This document shows, in pieces, positions 11,039 through 22,187 of a stretch of 58,610 bases of DNA. Below the pieces are notes generated by a model. The model was given only the letters and a program-made list of their open reading frames with translations. It ran no database searches and was not told the DNA's origin. The position numbers were made by a program, and so were the translations under genes. Numbering within the stretch: the stretch's first letter is position 1; each line of letters starts with the position of its first letter. Origin of the DNA: Gemmatimonadota bacterium (GTDB lineage Bacteria > Gemmatimonadota > Gemmatimonadetes > Gemmatimonadales > Gemmatimonadaceae); the NCBI GenBank assembly GCA_031372565.1, contig JANMLN010000181.1, forward strand, positions 1 to 58,610, written 5' to 3'.

Positions 11039-12973
11039 CTACGGCGACGTGACGAACTCCGCCGGCAGCGCGCGCGTCCGGTTCTCCTCCGCCAGCTTGG
11101 CCACGAACGCTGCCACGCTCATCGTCTCCTGCTTGGCACCGGTGCCTCGCGCGCGCAGCGCGACGGTCCCCTCCTCCGCCTCGCGCCGGCCCACCACGGC
11201 GAGGTACGGGATCTTCATGAGTTCGCCGTCGCGGATCCGGTAGTTGAGCGTGTCGTTGCGGTCATCGAGCGTGGCCCGCAGCCCGGCCGCCTTGAGCGCC
11301 GCGACCACGGGGCGGGCACCGTCCGCCAGGTCATCCGAAATCGGGAGGACGCGCACCTGCTCCGGCGCCAACCAGAGCGGAAACGCACCGGCGAAGTGTT
11401 CGATGAGGATCGCGATGAACCGCTCGAAGCTGCCGCTCACCGCGCGATGGATGACCACCGGGCGGTGCATCGCATTGTCGGCGCCCACGTACTGGAGATC
11501 AAAGCGCTCCGGCGCGTTGTAGTCGAGCTGGATCGTGCCCAACTGCCAGGCGCGACCAATCGAGTCCGTCACGTCGAAGTCGATCTTGGGTCCGTAGAAG
11601 GCGCCGTCGCCCGGCTTGAGCTCGTAGGCACGCCCCGTGGCGTCGAGTGCGGCCTTGAGCGCGCCCTCGGCCTTGTCCCACAGCGCGTCCGACCCGATAC
11701 GGGTCTCCGGACGCGTCGCGAACTTGAGCGTCGCCGTCAACCCGAACGTGTCGTAGTAGCCGAGGATGAAGGTGGAGAGGAACTGCACCTCCTCCGCAAT
11801 CTGGTCCTCGGTGAGGAAGACGTGGCAGTCATCCTGCGCGAACTGGCGCACGCGCGTGAGCCCCGACAGCGCGCCCGAGAGTTCGTTGCGATGCAGCGGA
11901 TCGAAGGTGACGAACCGCTTGGGCAACTCGCGGTAGGAGTGCTTGCCGACGTTGTAGTAGACGTAGTGCGACGGGCAGTTCATCGGCTTGAGCGATGCGT
12001 CGTGCTCCTTGGTCTCGTTGTCGAGCACGAGGAACATGTTCTCCTGGTACTTGCCCCAGTGCCCCGACTGTTCCCACAGCGCCTTGTGGTACATGAGCGG
12101 TGTCTTGATCTCGAGGAACCGGTCCGCTTGGCGCTCCCGGACGAACTCCACGAGGGTGTTGTACAGCGTCGTGCCGCGCGGCGTCCAGAACGGCGCGCCC
12201 GGTGCCACGGGAAAGAAGTGGAAGAGGTCGAGCTGCTTGCCGACGACGCGATGATCGCGCTTGCGCGCCTCCTCCATCTGGTGCAGCCGGGCGTCGAGCT
12301 CCTCCTTCGTGAAGAACGCTGTCGCATAGATGCGCTGCAGCATTGGCCGCTTCTCATCGCCCCGCCAGTAGGCGCCCGCGGTGCTCAGCAGCTTGAAGTG
12401 CTTGAAGTAGCTCGTGTCCTGCACGTGCGGGCCGCGGCAGAGATCCGTGAACGGCCCGTCGGCGTAGGTGCTGATGACCTCGTCCGCGCCCAGGTCGGCG
12501 ATGCGCTCGAGCTTGAGCGGGTCATCCGCAAAGCGCGCGAGCGCCTGCTCCCGGCTCACTTCCTCGCGCACGAACGGATACTTCTCCGCCACGACCTTCT
12601 TCATCTCCGCCTCGAACGCGGCGAGGTCGTCGGGGGTGAAGGGCCGGTCCACGCCGAAGTCGTAGTAGAAGCCGTCATCGATCGCGGGGCCGAATCCGAT
12701 CTGTGCGTCCGGACGCAGGCGACGCACCGCCGTGGCGAGAATGTGCGCCCCCGAATGCCGCAGGACCGCGAGCGCACGCGGGTCCTTGTTGGTGATCACC
12801 GTGAACCGACCGCTGCGACGCAACGGCGTCATGAGATCCTGCACCTCGTCGTCAACCGAGACCGCGATGGCTGCGCGCAGGAGGCCGGCGCCGATGGAGG
12901 CGACAACCTCCCGCGGAAGGGTACCGGGGGCGACCTCGCGGGTCGCGCCGTCGGGCAGTGTCAGGGTGAGCAT
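11039..12973 (-). CDS. thrS: Threonine--tRNA ligase
   Basis: N-terminal TGS domain, RHSGAH, DLCRGPH, KPMNCP, RVRQF, FYGPKID, IHRA; ATG at 12973. Confidence 0.97.
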   Translation of the reverse strand: MLTLTLPDGATREVAPGTLPREVVASIGAGLLRAAIAVSVDDEVQDLMTPLRRSGRFTVITNKDPRALAVLRHSGAHILATAVRRLRPDAQIGFGPAIDDGFYYDFGVDRPFTPDDLAAFEAEMKKVVAEKYPFVREEVSREQALARFADDPLKLERIADLGADEVISTYADGPFTDLCRGPHVQDTSYFKHFKLLSTAGAYWRGDEKRPMLQRIYATAFFTKEELDARLHQMEEARKRDHRVVGKQLDLFHFFPVAPGAPFWTPRGTTLYNTLVEFVRERQADRFLEIKTPLMYHKALWEQSGHWGKYQENMFLVLDNETKEHDASLKPMNCPSHYVYYNVGKHSYRELPKRFVTFDPLHRNELSGALSGLTRVRQFAQDDCHVFLTEDQIAEEVQFLSTFILGYYDTFGLTATLKFATRPETRIGSDALWDKAEGALKAALDATGRAYELKPGDGAFYGPKIDFDVTDSIGRAWQLGTIQLDYNAPERFDLQYVGADNAMHRPVVIHRAVSGSFERFIAILIEHFAGAFPLWLAPEQVRVLPISDDLADGARPVVAALKAAGLRATLDDRNDTLNYRIRDGELMKIPYLAVVGRREAEEGTVALRARGTGAKQETMSVAAFVAKLAEENRTRALPAEFVTSP

Positions 12974-13053
12974 GGCAGAGTGAAGCGGCGAACCGGCCCC
13001 AGCGGGCCGGCGAAGGAGAAGGGCGTCAGGACCGGCGCGGCAACGCGAAGCGG

Positions 13054-13206
13054 CTAGCCGCGCGTGCCGAGCAACGAGGTGATCGCGGGACCATGCCGGA
13101 AGGCGAGCACGAGGCCGATCAGGACGGCGATGACCAGCGCGAGCCAGAGCGCGAGGCCGCGCGTTGGCGGAACGTCGGTGGGCGTGGGCGTCGGGCTCGG
13201 AGGCAT
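13054..13206 (-). CDS. Putative 50-aa small membrane protein
   Basis: MPPSPTPTPTDVPPTRG followed by one strong transmembrane helix (LALWLALVIAVLIGLVLAF); fills the thrS-valS gap. Confidence 0.5.
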   Translation of the reverse strand: MPPSPTPTPTDVPPTRGLALWLALVIAVLIGLVLAFRHGPAITSLLGTRG

Positions 13207-13326
13207 CGGTGCACGGAGGCGGGGAGCGCCCGGGCCGCAAGGCGCGGGTCGCGTCCAACACAAGGTACCGTAGGCTCAGCGTCGCTGCCACGGAGCCGGA
13301 GTCGGCCCGTTAGCTTTCCCCACTCT

Positions 13327-16106
<2,780 letters not shown>

Positions 16107-16110
<4 letters not shown>

Positions 16111-17717
16111 CCCCCCGTCGTCCTGAGCGAAGCGAAGGACCTGCTTCTCCCCGTCGTCCTGAGCGCAGCGAAGGACCTGCTTCTCGCTGTCGTCCTGAGC
16201 GAAGCGAAGGACCTGCTTCTCCACGCACCCCGCCTCGCACCCGCCTCGCGCTCCTCCTCACCGCAGCCGTCTTCGCCTGCGCCTCACCAGGCATTCCTCC
16301 CGGCGGCCCCGAGGACAAGCTCCCACCCAAGCTCATCGCCGTCGTCCCGGAATCCGGTCAGGTACGCGTCGCACCGCGCTCGGTCGTCTTCCGCTTCGAC
16401 GAGGTGGTGAGCGAACGTCCGGTCGGCGCGCAGAAGCTCGAGGACATGTTCCTCATCTCGCCGCGGAGCCAATCCACGGACGTCGAGTGGAACCGCGAGG
16501 AAGTGTGGGTGCGGCCTGACGGCGGATGGCGCAAGAACGCGGTGTACACGATCACGATGCTGCCCGGCATGGCCGACGTGCGGGGCAACGTGCTCAAGCA
16601 AGGCCGTACCCTCGTGTTCGCCACCGGCGCCACCATCTTCGACACCCAACTCGATGGCCGCCTCTTCGACTGGCTCAAGGGCACCCCCGCGCCACTCACG
16701 CTCATCGAGGCGGTCGATCGGCGCGACACGACCATCCAGTATGTCGGCCTCACCGACTCGCTCGGCCAGTTCCGCATCCGGCACCTTCCGCCGGCGACCT
16801 ACCTCGTGCGCGCCTCGGTGGCGAGCACGTCATCGATCGGCGCGTCCGCTGGTGCGTCACTGCGCGGTTTCGATCGCCGCCGCGCGTGGGACTCGGTCGC
16901 CGTCGTGCTCACCGACAGCGCCCGCGTCGAACTGCTCGCGTTCGTGCACGACACACTCGGACCGCGCATCGCCGCACTCACGGTCCGTGACTCGCTGACG
17001 ATCAAGCTCACGCTCGATCAGCCGATTCCGGCGCGGCAGCGCCTTGGCACCGAGCATGTGGCGCTGTTGACTCGCGACTCGACATCGCTTGGCATCGAGG
17101 CGGTGTACACGGCCGACGCCTTTGCTGCGTTCGAGAAGGTGACAGCCGACTCGGCGGCCGCCGACAAGGCGCGTCGCGACTCTGCCACTGCCAAAGCCGA
17201 TTCCGCCAAGCGTCCACCCGGGGCGAGCCGCGCCGATTCGGCCGCGCGTCCCCCGGCAACGCCGCCGTCGGCAGCGCCGCGCGGAGTGCGCCAGGCCGCG
17301 CCGTCACCCGTTGGCGCGCCCCCCGCACCGACACCGCCCGGCACCGTTCCCGGCGCCGCAGGCCGACCCGCGCGCCCCGACTCGACGGCCGACAGCACCC
17401 GGCGCGAGCGCCCCAAGCCGAGCCAACCACTCCCCCTCACGGAGTTCGTGATCCGGATGGCGGTTCCGCTCGCGCCGCAGTCCACGTACCGTCTCGTGCT
17501 GCAGGACGTGCGCGGTCTGTTGGGTGCATCGCGAAAGAGCGATCGTGCCTTCAGCACGCCGCGCCCGCCGTCCAAGGACTCGACCAGCGCGGGCGCCGCC
17601 AAGGCGACGCCGCCAACCGTGAAGCCGGGAACCGCGCCGCCGGGCTTCACGCCGGCCAAGCCGCCCGCAGATTCAGCGAAGTCGCCCAAGCCACCCGAAG
17701 CGTTCGATCGTCGATGA
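16107..17717 (+). CDS. Lipoprotein with Ig-like (Big_5-type) domain and Pro/Ala/Ser/Thr-rich regions
   Basis: ATGA overlap with the valS stop; lipobox-like LLLTAAVFAC; CASPGIPPGGPEDKLPP; FRFDEVV; low-complexity C-terminal half. Confidence 0.75.
16117..16221 (+). repeat. Three tandem REP-like elements with a 36-bp period
   Basis: Copies at 16117-16149, 16153-16185 and 16189-16221 of GTCGTCCTGAGCG(A/C)AGCGAAGGACCTGCTTCTC; read as RPERSEGPAS three times. Confidence 0.95.
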
Positions 17718-19117
17718 CCGACGCGCGGCGCGACCTACCGAGCGTGAGCGCCTTGCTCGAGGGCGACGGCGCGACGCGGCTGCTCCAGAGTGTCGATCGG
17801 GAGGTCGTCGTCGCGGCGATTCGCGCGGTGCTCGACGAGGCCCGGCGCGATCCGACCCTCATGCTCGATGCCGTCGACTGGAACGAGCGCATTTTTCACG
17901 AAGGGATGCGGCGCAATCGGCCGACCCTGCGCCGCGTGCTCAACGCCACCGGCATCGTGCTCCACACCAACCTGGCGCGCGCGCCGCTCGCCGAGCGTGC
18001 GGTGGCCGCCATTGCCGATACCGCGCTCGGCTACGCCAACCTCGAGTACGACCTCGACCGCGGGGAGCGCGGGTCGCGTTACGTGCATTGCGTCTCGCTG
18101 CTCACGGCGCTGACCGGCGCCGAAGATGCGCTCGTGGTCAACAACTGTGCCGGCGCGCTCGTCCTGGCGCTGGCCGCCACGGCGCGTGGCCGCCGCACGA
18201 TCGTGTCGCGCGGCGAGTTGATCGAGATCGGTGGCGGCTTTCGCGTGCCCGAGATCATGGAAGCCGCGGGGACCACGCTCGTCGAAGTCGGCACCACCAA
18301 CCGCACGCGCCTCGGCGATTACGAAGCCGCCATCACGCCGGAGACCGGTGCGCTCGTCAAGGTGCATCGCTCGAACTTCACCGTTGAGGGGTTCGTGGCC
18401 GAGGTCACGTCGCGTGAGCTGGCGCCACTCGCGCGCACGCACGGACTGCCGCTGATCGAGGATTTCGGATCGGGGCTGCTGCTGTCGCTCGACGCGATCG
18501 GCCTCACGGGCGAGCCGACGGCGCGCGAAGTCGTCAGCCGTGGCGCGTCGCTCGTGCTGATGAGCGGCGACAAGCTCCTCGGGGGCCCGCAGTCCGGGAT
18601 CATCCTGGGGACGCGCGAGCAGGTGTCGCGCCTGCGGGCGCATCCGCTCGCGCGATCGTATCGCGTCGACAAGCTCACGATCGCGGCCTTGAGCGCGACG
18701 CTGGCGATCTACCGGAATCCGGAACGGGCGATGCAGGAGATTCCGGTGCTGCGGATGCTCGCGGCCTCACCGGACGGCATCCGCCGAACTGCCGAGTCGG
18801 TCGCCGCCGCACTGCGGAGCGACGGTTTCGCTGCCGAAGTCGTCGCGACCGAGAGTGCCGTCGGGGGCGGCGCCTTTCCGTCGGCGCGACTCGTCTCGAG
18901 TGCGGTGGCGCTGCCGGGGAATGCGGACCAGCTGGCACGGCTGCTGCGCGAGGGCGAACTGCCGGTCATCGCGCGCATTGCCGACGGACGCGCGCTGCTC
19001 GACCTGCGGACCATCGACGCGGGTGACGTGCCGCGCTTGCGCACGGTCGCGCGGGAGGTGCTGGCGAAGGCCGCGGCGCACGACAATCTGACGCCCGCAT
19101 CGGACCGCGCGCGATGA
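17714..19117 (+). CDS. selA: L-seryl-tRNA(Sec) selenium transferase
   Basis: VLNATGIVLHTNL, NLEYDL..GERGSR, VSRGELIEIGGGFR, VGTTNRT, SGDKLLGGPQ (PLP Lys). Confidence 0.93.
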   Translation: MTDARRDLPSVSALLEGDGATRLLQSVDREVVVAAIRAVLDEARRDPTLMLDAVDWNERIFHEGMRRNRPTLRRVLNATGIVLHTNLARAPLAERAVAAIADTALGYANLEYDLDRGERGSRYVHCVSLLTALTGAEDALVVNNCAGALVLALAATARGRRTIVSRGELIEIGGGFRVPEIMEAAGTTLVEVGTTNRTRLGDYEAAITPETGALVKVHRSNFTVEGFVAEVTSRELAPLARTHGLPLIEDFGSGLLLSLDAIGLTGEPTAREVVSRGASLVLMSGDKLLGGPQSGIILGTREQVSRLRAHPLARSYRVDKLTIAALSATLAIYRNPERAMQEIPVLRMLAASPDGIRRTAESVAAALRSDGFAAEVVATESAVGGGAFPSARLVSSAVALPGNADQLARLLREGELPVIARIADGRALLDLRTIDAGDVPRLRTVAREVLAKAAAHDNLTPASDRAR

Positions 19118-19668
19118 GCGTGACCGATCGAGCGCGCCCTGTGGCCTTTCTCGACCGCGATGGCACGATCATCGAGGACGTGCACTACATCGCCCGCGCG
19201 GAGGACGTGACGTTGATCGACGGTGCGGCGCACGCGATTCGGCGACTCAATCGCGCGGGATGGGCGGTGGTGGTGATCACCAACCAGTCGGGTATCGGTC
19301 GCGGACGACTCACCGAGGCCGACTACGACGCGGTGCGCGCGCGCGTCGACGAATTGATCGAAGGGAGCGGCGCGATGATCGATCGGCACTACCACTGCCC
19401 GCATGCGCCCGACGCGGCCTGCGCGTGTCGCAAGCCCGGGACGCTGCTCCACACGCGTGCGCTCGCGGAGCTCATGCTCGATGCCTCCCGCGTGGCCACC
19501 GTCGGCGACCGCTGGCGTGACGTCGCGCCCGCCGGCACGCTGGGCGGATTGGGCATCCTCGTGCCGGCCCCCGACACCCCCCCCGATGAGCTCGAGCGCG
19601 CCGCGATCGAGGCGCGCGTGGCGCCCACACTCGATGTCGCCGTCGATCTCATCCTCGGTGCTGGCTGA
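19114..19668 (+). CDS. HAD-IIIA phosphatase (GmhB/histidinol-phosphatase-like)
   Basis: FLDRDGTI, ITNQSGIGRG, CPH...CACRKP, VGDRWRD. Confidence 0.88.
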   Translation: MSVTDRARPVAFLDRDGTIIEDVHYIARAEDVTLIDGAAHAIRRLNRAGWAVVVITNQSGIGRGRLTEADYDAVRARVDELIEGSGAMIDRHYHCPHAPDAACACRKPGTLLHTRALAELMLDASRVATVGDRWRDVAPAGTLGGLGILVPAPDTPPDELERAAIEARVAPTLDVAVDLILGAG

Positions 19669-19696
19669 GCACGCGCATGCATCGTAGCATTCGCGC

Positions 19697-20410
19697 ATGA
19701 CTCCTCCTCCGCTTGGCCGACCGGCGCGCATCGGTGTGCTCGCCTCCGGGGGAGGCAGCAACCTGCAGGCACTCTTCGACTTCTTCGACGGCACCGGCGC
19801 GGGCCTCGCCGCCGTCCACTGGGTCGGATCGGACAAGCTGCTCGCCGGCGCGCTCAAGCGCGCGCGCGACCGTGACGTGCCCGCCGCGCACATCGACTGG
19901 GGCAGCGCCGACGCGCTGCTGGCCGCCCTGGACGCGCACGGCATCGAGGTGCTGGTCCTCGCCGGCTATCTGAAGTTCCTCCCCGAACCCGTGACGCGTG
20001 CCTACCGCGGCCGGATCGTGAACGTGCATCCTTCGCTGTTGCCGAGCTTCGGCGGCCCCGGGATGTACGGCATGCGCGTACACGCGGCGGTGCTCGCGGC
20101 CGGCGCCAAGGTGAGTGGTGCCACCGTGCATTTCGTCGATGAGGTCTACGATCACGGATCGATCATCGCCCAATGGCCGGTACCGGTGCTCCCGCAGGAC
20201 AGCCCCGACACGCTCGGGCAGCGCGTCCTCGCCGTCGAGCACCTCCTCCTGCCGCGCGCGGTTGCCGCCGTCGCCACGGGCCACGTGCGCCTGTCCGACG
20301 AGCATCGCGTGCAGATGGACGCCGCCGGTGCGCACGCGGATCAGCCCTTCGCACTGCCCGGCATGTTGCCCGCGGTCTCGATGGACCTCATGTTGCCGGT
20401 CACGCCGTAG
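19697..20410 (+). CDS. purN: Phosphoribosylglycinamide formyltransferase
   Basis: LASGGGSNLQA, VLAGY, NVHPSLLP, GATVHFV, DHGSII. Confidence 0.95.
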   Translation: MTPPPLGRPARIGVLASGGGSNLQALFDFFDGTGAGLAAVHWVGSDKLLAGALKRARDRDVPAAHIDWGSADALLAALDAHGIEVLVLAGYLKFLPEPVTRAYRGRIVNVHPSLLPSFGGPGMYGMRVHAAVLAAGAKVSGATVHFVDEVYDHGSIIAQWPVPVLPQDSPDTLGQRVLAVEHLLLPRAVAAVATGHVRLSDEHRVQMDAAGAHADQPFALPGMLPAVSMDLMLPVTP

Positions 20411-20450
20411 CGCGCTCCGCGCGCACCTTTCAGCTCTCATCGCCTTCTTC

Positions 20451-21980
20451 ATGCCGCGCGCACTGCTGTCCGTTTCCGACAAGTCGGGTCTCGTCGAGTT
20501 CGCCACGGGACTGGTCGACCTGGGCTACGATCTGGTGTCCACCGGTGGTACGTCCAAGGCCATGCGCTCGGCGGGCCTGAGCGTGTCCGACATCAGCGAG
20601 ATCACGGGGTTCCCCGAGATGCTCGACGGCCGCGTGAAGACGCTGCACCCCGTCGTGCACGGCGGCCTGCTGGCGCGACGCGACGTGGCCGAGCACATGG
20701 CGGCGATTGCGGCGCACCAGATCCAGCCGATCGACGTCGTGGTGGTCAACCTCTATCCGTTTCGCGAGACGGCGGCCAAGACGGGTATTCATGCCGACGA
20801 GGTCATCGAACAGATCGACATTGGCGGACCGTCGATGTTGCGCTCGGCGGCCAAGAACTTCGCCAGCGTGACCGTGGTCGTCGATCCCGCCGACTACGGG
20901 CACGTCCTCGCGGCGCTCCGTGACGGCGGCGACGCCGAGATGCGGCGCAATCTGGCAGAGAAGGTGTACGCGCACACCGCAGCCTATGACGCCGCCATCA
21001 GCGGCTGGTTCGCCGCTCAGCGTGGCGACCAGTTCCCGGAGCACCTCAGTCTGGCCGTGGAGCGCCAGCAGATGCTCCGCTACGGGGAGAACCCGGGCCA
21101 GCGCGCGGCGTTCTACGTCATGGGGCGGGGCCGCGGGTTGGGTGCCCTGGTGCAGAAGGGGGGCAAGGAGCTCTCGTTCAACAATTTTCTCGACCTCGAC
21201 GGCGCCATGCTCGCGGCCGATCCCTTTCACGGCCAGTCGGCGTGCGCGATCGTGAAGCACACGACCCCGTGCGGGCTCGCGGTGGGCACCAGCGCGGCAG
21301 ATGCGTACAAGAAGGCGCTGGCCTGCGATCCGGTGAGCGCGTTCGGCTCGGTCATCGCGTTCACGGTGCCCGTCGACAAGGCCGCGGCTGAACTCGTGTC
21401 CGCCCTGTTCGTGGAGTGCGTCGTGGCGCCGCAGTTCAGCGAGGAGGCGGTCGAGATCCTCGGGCGCAAGAAGAACCTGCGCGTGCTCGAGGGCGACGCG
21501 CGCTGGGGTGCCCACGAACTCGACATCAAGCACGTGCGCGGCGGCCTGCTCGTGCAGGAGCCGACCCCGGTCACCTTCGACGAAGGGGCGTGGAAAGTGG
21601 TGACGGAGCGCCAGCCGACCGCGCAGGAGATGGACGACCTCCGCTTTGCCTGGCGCGCGGTCGGGAGCGTCAAGTCGAACGCGATCCTGCTCGCGCGGGA
21701 CGGCGCGACCATCGGCATCGGGGCCGGGCAGATGTCTCGCGTCGACGCGGCCTTCGTGGCGGTGCACAAGGCGAAGACGCTCGGCCATGACACCACCGGA
21801 GCGGCGCTGGGCTCGGACGCCTTCTTTCCGTTCCGCGACGGCATCGACCAGGCCGCGGAGGCCGGCGTCAAGGCGATCATCCAGCCCGGCGGGTCGGTGC
21901 GCGACAACGAGGTGATCATGGCGGCCAACGCGCATGGCATGACGATGATCTTCACCGGGCAGCGGCTCTTCCGGCACTAA
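20451..21980 (+). CDS. purH: Bifunctional AICAR formyltransferase/IMP cyclohydrolase
   Basis: RALLSVSDKSG, GRVKTLHP, IDIGGPSMLR, LRYGENP, KSNAI, GAGQMSRVD, SDAFFPF; ATG at 20451. Confidence 0.97.
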   Translation: MPRALLSVSDKSGLVEFATGLVDLGYDLVSTGGTSKAMRSAGLSVSDISEITGFPEMLDGRVKTLHPVVHGGLLARRDVAEHMAAIAAHQIQPIDVVVVNLYPFRETAAKTGIHADEVIEQIDIGGPSMLRSAAKNFASVTVVVDPADYGHVLAALRDGGDAEMRRNLAEKVYAHTAAYDAAISGWFAAQRGDQFPEHLSLAVERQQMLRYGENPGQRAAFYVMGRGRGLGALVQKGGKELSFNNFLDLDGAMLAADPFHGQSACAIVKHTTPCGLAVGTSAADAYKKALACDPVSAFGSVIAFTVPVDKAAAELVSALFVECVVAPQFSEEAVEILGRKKNLRVLEGDARWGAHELDIKHVRGGLLVQEPTPVTFDEGAWKVVTERQPTAQEMDDLRFAWRAVGSVKSNAILLARDGATIGIGAGQMSRVDAAFVAVHKAKTLGHDTTGAALGSDAFFPFRDGIDQAAEAGVKAIIQPGGSVRDNEVIMAANAHGMTMIFTGQRLFRH

Positions 21981-22187
21981 CGCCCGCCCGGCGCCGAGGC
22001 GCTTGAGCCCCACCGCCCGGGCTCCGTCACCCGAGGGGTACCGGCATCCTGGTGGAATGCCGCCCCCCGGACAGCCAACCCTTGGCCCGCGGCGGTTGTC
22101 TCCAAGGGTAGCCCGGGGCGAGATTTCACGGTTTGTGTGCCAGACTCCGGGGGCTCCCCCCGCCTGCTCGCCGACCCGACGCCTCAG

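Noticed and set aside
12991..13012. thrS translational operator mimicking the tRNA-Thr anticodon arm, or a T-box
   Set aside because: The hairpin loop on the coding strand is GCTG with no Thr anticodon-like sequence, and no T-box consensus is seen.
16117..16221. Possible mini CRISPR array
   Set aside because: The units are nearly contiguous (3-nt linkers), there are no unique spacers or cas genes, and the motif also occurs dispersed.
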